Notes under the pieces: generated by a model
The model's input: only the letters and a program-made list of their open reading frames with translations
Told to the model about the DNA's origin: nothing
Databases searched by the model: none
Position numbers and translations under genes: made by a program
Source: Patescibacteria group bacterium
GTDB taxonomy: Bacteria > Patescibacteriota > Minisyncoccia > Portnoybacterales > UBA2143
Assembly: GCA_018830295.1 (NCBI GenBank)
Contig: JAHJSM010000001.1
Location: 257,980 to 321,979 of the forward strand
DNA: 64,000 nucleotides
Reading direction: 5' to 3'
Shown: positions 34,923 through 42,272 of the stretch, one piece after another
How positions within the stretch are numbered: position 1 is the first letter of the stretch
How the letters are laid out: each line of letters opens with the position of its first letter

Positions 34923-37640
34923 TTAATTCTCCACAATTCTAACTTCCTCTTCTGTTAACCCATATAATTTATAAACTTTTTGGTTTATAATCTCATCAAT
35001 TTTTTGTATTTCTAATTCTGTTTCTTCGTATTCTTTGTCGTCCATAATTGGATGGAGTTTTTGGAGTTCTTCGCTTAGTTTTAACATTTTGTCGGCTAAT
35101 TTTACTAATTCGTTGTGTTTGGCTTTTTCTTTTTTGTCGGAAAAATCAATTTTGTAAATCGGAATTTGCGAGGTATAGATTTTTTTAAATCTTAAAAAAC
35201 CGCCGCTTACATGTGTATCTTCAAATCTTTGTTTAAAATAAAAATCTATCAGTTTAGAGTTAATGATAGCCAAAATATATTTTAAGTCATAATCAAGCCC
35301 AATGGGCTGAATAGAATAAAGCGTGTTGACCGAATAATAACCCTCATCGTCAAAAACAGCTTCTGGAAACTTTGAAATATCCCTTAACAAAATTTTTGGC
35401 TTTTCAAAATAACTTTCTGCGCACAAATTGGCATATTCCCCCTTGTTTTTATCTATCAAACTTTTGTCGTATCTGACATATTTACCATCCCATTTAAGCC
35501 AATATCTATGACAATCCCTGCCTGCCAATAATTTTTTGCAAGTATCATCAACTTTTTCGTTAACAATTAATTTGCTTCTTATGTTCCCCGTATGAATTGT
35601 CTCTTTAATTTCCGCAACTTCTCCTAATCGCAACGATTTTTTTTCAATTTTTTCAAAAAAATCTGGCTCTGTTTTAACAGTCAAATTTTTGTCTCGGCTT
35701 TTATTAATTTTATCTTGGTCAATTAGCACCTCGCCAGCATAAAGATTGGTTTCTTTTTCTATTTTGTATCCCTTAATTTTATGTCCTGAATTATTTTTGT
35801 CTTTTTGTAAAATAATGACATAGGGATAGGTGGACGCGTCCTTAAAAACCAGTAAATTAGAAACATCAACAATAGAAATAATTTTGCAGTTGTCTAAAAT
35901 ATATTCCCTTAATTTTTTTCCGTAATCAGCAATGGCGTATTTGTTGGAAGTAATAAATCCCAAATACCCGCCCTCTTTTAATAATTTAATGGACTGCTCA
36001 AAAAACAATTGATAAATGTCATATTGTCCAGCGGCTGAACAGTATTGTGCATCAAAATATTTTTTATCTTTTGTCTCTAAGTCCCTGTTTCTAATATACG
36101 GCGGGTTGCCGATGATTACATCAAAGCCGCCTTTTTTGAGGACATCGGGGAATTTTTCTTGCCAGTTGAACGGTCTTTTTTCTTTCCATTTTTTACCGAA
36201 ATATTTTTTGAGTTCTTTCTCCGTGCCTGAAATTAAAGAATTTCCGCGTTTAATATTGTAAGATAAATCCGGCAAAAGTTCGCGGAATTCCAGCGCCTTA
36301 ATCAATAAGTTGAGTTGGGCGATTTCAATCGCCTCCTCGTCTAAATCAACGCCATATATGTTTGAATTTAAAATAGAAATTTTGCGGATGTAATTAACTT
36401 CCGGCTTCGCTTCAATTTGATTATTTACTCTCTTGATGTGGCTATCCAAAACCTCAAACGCTTTAATTAGAAAAGACCCCGAGCCGCAAGCCGGGTCAAG
36501 AATTTTAATTTTCACCGCCTCATGCCCCGGCTTGTCTTTCAGCACTTCGCCTAATGTGTTTTTGATAATGTAATCAACAATGTAGCGAGGGGTATAATAA
36601 ATGCCTTGCGATTTTCTTTTACTATTCTTCTTTTCCTTTTTTTCCAGTTGAATCTTGCTTAAATATTGCTCGTAGACGCTACCTAAAATATCGGCGTTAA
36701 TTGACGCGAAATTATAGCGAATGCCTTTTTTGTTTTTATAAAATTCTCTAATTACTTCCGCTAAAAAATCGTCTTGATATTCCAAAATATCGCAAGTGTG
36801 CTCATCAAATAATTTACTATCGTAGATCTTCCGATAATACCCGAATAATTCCTTAATTTTCTGCCACAAAAAATCTGTTTTGTCTTGATTGTTTTCCCAG
36901 TTCCTAATCGCTTCGCGCAATTTTTGGTCTTCAATCCCCCTGTCCTCGGTGGTTCTGATAAAGATAAATCTGTTAAGCAGTTTTTGAACGCTCTCAATGA
37001 TTTGTTGGTTGCTAAATTTTTTGTCGTCGTTCCACCCTCTCAACTTATCAAATAAAATCCTTCTCCACTTTATTAAGTCGCTCGCTAATTGCTTATCAAC
37101 TGGCTCCCTTTTTGGTTTTTTGAAGTTCTCTTCGGCGTATTTATTCAACTCGCCTTTTTCAATGGACTCTTTGGATAGCCACCACAACCTCTTGTCGGTC
37201 AGATAATCTTTATATGGAATTTCAAAAAGCAAACTTTGCTCAATGTTTGGCTCGTCCCATTCTGCGTTAAAAACCTTGATTGACTCAAAATCCGTTAGAA
37301 TCGCCCAAGAAATACTTTTATGCCAAGCATACATTACCGCCTGCTCCGACCATTTTTCCTCGCGCAAATCAACTTCTATCTTTTTGGCTTCCACGAAAAA
37401 TTTTATTACTCCGTCAACATTAAAGGCGTAATCAACTCTTTTGCCGGAAACCTGTTTTTCGGAAATAACTTCATTTTTGGAAAAACTATTATAAACATCC
37501 CAGCCCAAAGATTGAAAAAGAGGCAAGATAAAATCCTTGCAAGTCATTGACTCGTTATATTTCTTGCGTTGCGCGGCAGTCAGCACTTCATATCTGCCTA
37601 TCAATTTTTCTATTTGTTTGACACCTTCTTGCTTATCCAT
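34923..37640 (-). CDS. Type IIG restriction-modification enzyme (MmeI-like: N-terminal PD-ExK nuclease + N6-adenine MTase + TRD in one chain)
   Basis: 905 aa; N-terminal nuclease motif 'RVDYAF...FFVEAKK', MTase motif I 'DPACGSGSFL' and motif IV 'GNPPYI', C-terminal target-recognition region. Confidence 0.75.
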   Translation of the reverse strand: MDKQEGVKQIEKLIGRYEVLTAAQRKKYNESMTCKDFILPLFQSLGWDVYNSFSKNEVISEKQVSGKRVDYAFNVDGVIKFFVEAKKIEVDLREEKWSEQAVMYAWHKSISWAILTDFESIKVFNAEWDEPNIEQSLLFEIPYKDYLTDKRLWWLSKESIEKGELNKYAEENFKKPKREPVDKQLASDLIKWRRILFDKLRGWNDDKKFSNQQIIESVQKLLNRFIFIRTTEDRGIEDQKLREAIRNWENNQDKTDFLWQKIKELFGYYRKIYDSKLFDEHTCDILEYQDDFLAEVIREFYKNKKGIRYNFASINADILGSVYEQYLSKIQLEKKEKKNSKRKSQGIYYTPRYIVDYIIKNTLGEVLKDKPGHEAVKIKILDPACGSGSFLIKAFEVLDSHIKRVNNQIEAKPEVNYIRKISILNSNIYGVDLDEEAIEIAQLNLLIKALEFRELLPDLSYNIKRGNSLISGTEKELKKYFGKKWKEKRPFNWQEKFPDVLKKGGFDVIIGNPPYIRNRDLETKDKKYFDAQYCSAAGQYDIYQLFFEQSIKLLKEGGYLGFITSNKYAIADYGKKLREYILDNCKIISIVDVSNLLVFKDASTYPYVIILQKDKNNSGHKIKGYKIEKETNLYAGEVLIDQDKINKSRDKNLTVKTEPDFFEKIEKKSLRLGEVAEIKETIHTGNIRSKLIVNEKVDDTCKKLLAGRDCHRYWLKWDGKYVRYDKSLIDKNKGEYANLCAESYFEKPKILLRDISKFPEAVFDDEGYYSVNTLYSIQPIGLDYDLKYILAIINSKLIDFYFKQRFEDTHVSGGFLRFKKIYTSQIPIYKIDFSDKKEKAKHNELVKLADKMLKLSEELQKLHPIMDDKEYEETELEIQKIDEIINQKVYKLYGLTEEEVRIVEN

Positions 37641-37765
37641 AGTTAATCTTAACGAGGTTCGACCTACGAGCGCGACCTTAAGAAATGTCGCTACTCTTTA
37701 TGTCAAACCTCTTTGCTTACCATCCCATCCCCCTCATTTTACCCCAACCGACAAGACAAATCAAT

Positions 37766-37800
37766 CAAAAAACCCGCTTGGGGGGCGGGCAAAAAATACC
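37766..37800 (-). terminator. hairpin CCCGC-TTGGGGG-GCGGG flanked by A/T runs (bidirectional)
   Basis: Read directly, downstream of the 348-aa gene. Confidence 0.45.
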
Positions 37801-37813
37801 AGCTAAAACTAAA

Positions 37814-38860
37814 CTATTCCCAATTCACTTCCTGCCCCGGCTCCACAATTTCTATCCATGTCTGTCCCGGGACGAAAGGAATTTCTTCGCCGCTATTTTT
37901 ATCTAAAAAATATAATTTGCTGGACGGATCGCTCGCGTCTTTTTCCCAAAAACAAGGAATAACTTCGCCGTTTTGATAAACAACGCATTCACCCTCGCCC
38001 TCAATATCCAAATCATTATAATCAGGTCCCTCAATCTGCCGAGAAAAAGCCCGCATCACCACAACATTTTTAGCAGCAATCTGCTGGTTATTACTTCTGT
38101 CCATCTCCTTCTCCCCCGCCCGCCAACGCGAATACAAATTAGTCCCCGAATCATATTGATACAACACATCATAAGGATAAGCATACCCAATCTTTAACAC
38201 GCCATCTGTTCGGCTATCGGATAGCCGAACGGGCGTTTCTTGAAAAAGGTATCCCTTAAAATTATTTTCCAAACGATAACCCATTTTTTGAGAACTGCTC
38301 ATCATTCTTTCCATTGAAGTAAATCCGTTGTGCGGCTTGGGGATTTCGTTTTTACGGAAAAAAACATTATACGCGTCTTTTAAGGCATCAATGTTATCCA
38401 TTACTCCCGCATCCAATTGGTCCAAAGCGAAATGCGAACCTCCCCAATGAACCAAAATAGCGTCCAACCCGAGCGCCAAGGGAATAAAATCGTGGCGCGC
38501 GCTTCGCAAAGAGCCAATCTCGTCAGGCGATTCACAGAGATAAACAGCGATAAGGCGAGTAATACTACCTGTGATAACAGGCATTTCTAAAACCAAATCG
38601 GCTTGCGAAAGGCCTGTCAAAGGTCGCGCCACCGGGTCATTCGCCATCACCACCGCAAAAGGACGCCTTTGATAATTTTGACAAGATAACCCGCTTAAGG
38701 GGCTAAATCCCTCTCCCGCTAATTCCGCCCGCTCTGTTAGATTATTGGATTGCCTCTCTATCTCAATCGTCCGCCCGCTTAACTGCCAAACAAAAATAAG
38801 CCCCAAAAGGGCTAAACAAAAAATCGCTATAAATAAAACATATTTATTCTTCGCAAACAT
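37814..38860 (-). CDS. hypothetical exported protein (DUF3048-like)
   Basis: 348 aa; signal-anchor N-terminus; 'RPFAVVMANDP' region reminiscent of DUF3048/YerB proteins (from memory, unverified). Confidence 0.5.
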   Translation of the reverse strand: MFAKNKYVLFIAIFCLALLGLIFVWQLSGRTIEIERQSNNLTERAELAGEGFSPLSGLSCQNYQRRPFAVVMANDPVARPLTGLSQADLVLEMPVITGSITRLIAVYLCESPDEIGSLRSARHDFIPLALGLDAILVHWGGSHFALDQLDAGVMDNIDALKDAYNVFFRKNEIPKPHNGFTSMERMMSSSQKMGYRLENNFKGYLFQETPVRLSDSRTDGVLKIGYAYPYDVLYQYDSGTNLYSRWRAGEKEMDRSNNQQIAAKNVVVMRAFSRQIEGPDYNDLDIEGEGECVVYQNGEVIPCFWEKDASDPSSKLYFLDKNSGEEIPFVPGQTWIEIVEPGQEVNWE

Positions 38861-38869
38861 AGATTATTT

Positions 38870-39307
38870 TTACCCCTGCTTCTTCTTTAATATCATCTTC
38901 GCTTTCTGAATAATCTCGTCTGGCGTAAAATGGGCCTTAATTAAATAATCATCAGCTCCCAGACGAATCCCTCTCTCAACCTCTCCTTGTTGCCCTAAAT
39001 TGCTTAAAATAATGATCGCAATCCCGTCCATTTGACGATTTTCCTTGACCTGTTTCAAAACCTCAAAGCCATCTATCCCCGGTAGGACCAAATCCAGTAA
39101 AATCAATTGAGGCATTTGTTCTTTTATTTTTTTAAGCGCTTCCTCTCCATTCACCGCGAACGAAACATTAAACCCTGTATTTTCTAATTTGCGGACCAAA
39201 AGCTCCCTCAAAAACTTGTCGTCTTCAACAATAAGAACTGATATTCCCTTCCCTCCGTTATTTTGCTCTTGATCGTCTTGATTGTAATTCTCTAAATGAT
39301 TGGTCAT
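38870..39307 (-). CDS. receiver-only response regulator
   Basis: 145 aa; 'LIVEDD', phospho-acceptor 'LILLDLVLPG'; no output domain. Confidence 0.75.
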   Translation of the reverse strand: MTNHLENYNQDDQEQNNGGKGISVLIVEDDKFLRELLVRKLENTGFNVSFAVNGEEALKKIKEQMPQLILLDLVLPGIDGFEVLKQVKENRQMDGIAIIILSNLGQQGEVERGIRLGADDYLIKAHFTPDEIIQKAKMILKKKQG

Positions 39308-39327
39308 AATAAAGGTCTCCTTTTTTG

Positions 39328-39693
39328 TTATTTTAAATATTTTTCTATTTTACTAGCCACTTCCTGCGGATTAAAGTCGGTCTTAATGAGCCAATCAACA
39401 GCCCCTAATTTTTTAATTCTGCTTAATTCCACGGGTTGACCTGAATTAGAAATGATAATAACTGGAATATTTTTCAACTTATCGTCCTGATTTAATTCTT
39501 CCATTACCTCAAAACCTCCCTTTTTGGGCATAACAATGTCAAGCAAAATCAAATCTGGCAGTTCCTCTTTGATTTTGTCTATCCCCTCCTGCCCGTCCAT
39601 AGCGGTAATAACCTCATAACCATCCTGAATTAACTTCTCTTTTAGAAGTTCAAGCAAAATCCTTTCGTCCTCAATAATAATAATTTTTTTCAT
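39328..39693 (-). CDS. receiver-only response regulator
   Basis: 121 aa; 'IIEDE', 'LILLDIVMPK'. Confidence 0.75.
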   Translation of the reverse strand: MKKIIIIEDERILLELLKEKLIQDGYEVITAMDGQEGIDKIKEELPDLILLDIVMPKKGGFEVMEELNQDDKLKNIPVIIISNSGQPVELSRIKKLGAVDWLIKTDFNPQEVASKIEKYLK

Positions 39694-39710
39694 ATAAGTT
39701 TATTAATTAA

Positions 39711-40907
39711 TTACAATTTTGAATTAAGAGGAATAGTAAAGTAGAAAGCAGTTCCCTCATTTTCCTTGCTTTCAAACCAAATCTTGCCGTTATGCGCGTT
39801 AATAATGTTCTTGCAAATAAATAAGCCCAACCCAGTTCCTTCTGTTTCCATTTTAACGACATTATTCGCTCTGAAAAACTTCGTAAAAATACGCGACTGT
39901 TGTTCTTTCGGAATTCCCACCCCGGTATCTTTAATCATTACCTTCGCGCTAATTTTATCATATCCGATTGAAATTGTCACCTTGCCGCCTGGGTCAGTAA
40001 ATCTAATCGCGTTGTCTAATAAATTTTGGAACACCAGCTCCATTTTTTTCCTGTCTGCCTTAACTTCTTTTGATGAGCCATCTTTTAGTTCATTGAAAAC
40101 AATTTCGATATCCCTTTTTTTGGCTATTCCACCTAAAATAGCGATATTTTTTCGCGCGATATCTTCCAAAAAAAGAAGAGACGGCTCATAAATAAAGCGG
40201 CCTTCTTCAATATGCGCCACATTTAACAAATCGTTAATTAAAAGAATCATCCTTTCGTTGCTTTGATATCCTCTTTCTAAAAAGTCAATTTGTTCTTTTG
40301 AAAGTTTGCCGACATCTCCGTCCAAAAGCATCCGCAAAATCCACTTGATCGCCGAAAGAGGCGTTCTCAATTGATGCGCCGCGATAGAAACAAATTCCGT
40401 CTTCATATGGCTGATTTCTTCCTCGCGAGTAATATCCTGAAAAACAACCATAAGACCAACCTCTTCTCCCGCGACCACAACGGGAGTGATTGAAACATAA
40501 AAATATCTTTTCAATAAGCCATCTAATGTTAATTCGTATCTTCTCCCCGTCCATTCTATTTCCCCTCCCAACGCGCGATAAAGTTTATCTAAATTGGGAT
40601 ATCCAGAAATCTCGTTTATTGTTTTGTTTAAAACATTTTTTTCTTTTAATTCTAAGACCTTTTCGGCGACGGGATTAACCAAAGTAATTTTTTTTTCTTT
40701 ATCAAAGACGATCAGGCCGTCCGCTAAACTAATCAAAGCTGCCCTTGTTTTGTTTTTTTCTTCCTCAAACTTTTTTTCTGCCTCTTTCGTTTTTTCTAAT
40801 GTTTTAATTAGAGTCACTTTCGCTTTTTCTAATTCATCGCATTTTTTTAGAATCTTTTCTTCCAGATCCTTTAGTTTCTTCTTTGAATTGTTTTCTTTTT
40901 GTAGCAT
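39711..40907 (-). CDS. cytoplasmic sensor histidine kinase (coiled-coil + PAS + HisKA + HATPase_c)
   Basis: 398 aa; H-box 'SIAAHQLRTPLSAI', N/G1/G2 boxes ('NLLDNAIRFT', 'DTGVGI', 'GTGLGL'); no TM segment. Confidence 0.8.
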   Translation of the reverse strand: MLQKENNSKKKLKDLEEKILKKCDELEKAKVTLIKTLEKTKEAEKKFEEEKNKTRAALISLADGLIVFDKEKKITLVNPVAEKVLELKEKNVLNKTINEISGYPNLDKLYRALGGEIEWTGRRYELTLDGLLKRYFYVSITPVVVAGEEVGLMVVFQDITREEEISHMKTEFVSIAAHQLRTPLSAIKWILRMLLDGDVGKLSKEQIDFLERGYQSNERMILLINDLLNVAHIEEGRFIYEPSLLFLEDIARKNIAILGGIAKKRDIEIVFNELKDGSSKEVKADRKKMELVFQNLLDNAIRFTDPGGKVTISIGYDKISAKVMIKDTGVGIPKEQQSRIFTKFFRANNVVKMETEGTGLGLFICKNIINAHNGKIWFESKENEGTAFYFTIPLNSKL

Positions 40908-40920
40908 ATAATTTAAAATA

Positions 40921-41787
40921 TTATACCATAGGAATCCTATCTATTAAACTTTTAAATCCCCAGCCCTCTAATAATGCCTCAATCTTTTCAAGATTAAATT
41001 TCCCAAAACGGCATTTTTCTAAATCAAAATCAATCGAAATATCTTTTTTAATTTCTGACAAACGGCGGCTAAAAAACGCTTCATCTTTGTATTCCAGCAA
41101 TCTCGCTTTTAATTTCGGGTTTAAGTCGCTCCCTCCTAAATTATGATAAAGATTTTCAAGCGAGTCAAATTTTTGAATTAACCCGACCGCCGTTTTTTCT
41201 CCAATGCCAGGCACACCTGGAATATTATCCGAAGAATCACCCTTTAGGCCTCTAAAATCAACCAATTGAGACGGGACCAAACCGTACCGCTCTTTGATCA
41301 TCTCTTCGTCATAAACGACCGTATCCTTAATACCTTTTTTGAGAGTGTAAATTTCTGTTTGACCATTCGCCAACTGAAGCAAATCAAGGTCGCCGCTCAC
41401 GATAATGTTTCTTACTTTTTTGTCTTTCGTTTTTTGGATAATTGTTCCAATTAGGTCGTCCGCTTCAAAACCTTTTTGTTCAAAAATGGGAATAGACAAA
41501 GAAGTAACCAACTCTTTAACCAAAGGAATTTGGTCATAAAACTCTTGCGGCTGTTTAACTCGTTTGGCTTTATACTCTTTATATTCCAAATCGCGAAAAG
41601 TCGGACCCGCCAAATCAAAAGCAACCGCCAAATAATCAGGCGCCAATTCCTTAATCACCCGAAAAAGAATGCTCGCGAACCCATAAACAGCGTTAACCAA
41701 CTTACCTTCCTTTGTCTTAAAAGGAGGCAAAGCATGATAAGCCCGATGAATCAAAGCATTCCCGTCAATAATTACAAATTTTCTCAT
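40921..41787 (-). CDS. 5'-3' exonuclease (Pol I N-terminal/FEN-like, stand-alone)
   Basis: 288 aa; 'IIDGNALIHRAYHA' and acidic metal-binding clusters of the 53EXO family. Confidence 0.8.
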   Translation of the reverse strand: MRKFVIIDGNALIHRAYHALPPFKTKEGKLVNAVYGFASILFRVIKELAPDYLAVAFDLAGPTFRDLEYKEYKAKRVKQPQEFYDQIPLVKELVTSLSIPIFEQKGFEADDLIGTIIQKTKDKKVRNIIVSGDLDLLQLANGQTEIYTLKKGIKDTVVYDEEMIKERYGLVPSQLVDFRGLKGDSSDNIPGVPGIGEKTAVGLIQKFDSLENLYHNLGGSDLNPKLKARLLEYKDEAFFSRRLSEIKKDISIDFDLEKCRFGKFNLEKIEALLEGWGFKSLIDRIPMV

Positions 41788-42218
41788 AAAATTATTTTCC
41801 TCTTATCCTCCCCCAAATGCTCAAACTTAATCCGCGGGGCGTTTTTTAATATTTTTTTCGCTCTTTCCGCCCATTCAATCACGATGATATTTTGGGGATT
41901 TTCCGCGATTTCCTTAAATCCTAAATCTATTAAATCATCCGCCTGAACGCGATAACAGTCAATATGATAAAGACAGCGAACGGTTTTTGGTATTTTATAT
42001 TTTTTTAAAATTACAAAGGTTGGACTGGTGATTTTTCCTTTTATTCCCAACCCCTTTGCCGTTCCCTGAATAAACGATGTCTTCCCGCTTCCTAAATCTC
42101 CTTCCATCCCAATAATTAAAGCGCCCTCGCTTTTTGTCTTCAGAATTTCTTCCGCCAAAATTTTCCCCAACCTCTTCGTCTCCGCCGCGCTATGAGTAAT
42201 AATTTCTTTGCTCTTCAT
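41784..42218 (-). CDS. tsaE: tRNA threonylcarbamoyladenosine biosynthesis ATPase TsaE
   Basis: 144 aa; P-loop 'GDLGSGKTSFIQG'. Confidence 0.8.
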   Translation of the reverse strand: MKSKEIITHSAAETKRLGKILAEEILKTKSEGALIIGMEGDLGSGKTSFIQGTAKGLGIKGKITSPTFVILKKYKIPKTVRCLYHIDCYRVQADDLIDLGFKEIAENPQNIIVIEWAERAKKILKNAPRIKFEHLGEDKRKIIL

Positions 42219-42272
42219 TTTTTAAGTATAGCATATTTGACCCAAAACCAAAAAAAAGATAAAATAAGAAAC

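Noticed and set aside
37537-37976. Cluster of overlapping plus-strand ORFs (37537-37806, 37685-37906, 37713-37976) between the R-M gene and the 348-aa gene
   Set aside because: They lie in a terminator/promoter spacer and antisense to the 348-aa gene, with no coding signal; the region is better explained as intergenic with a CCCGC...GCGGG terminator.
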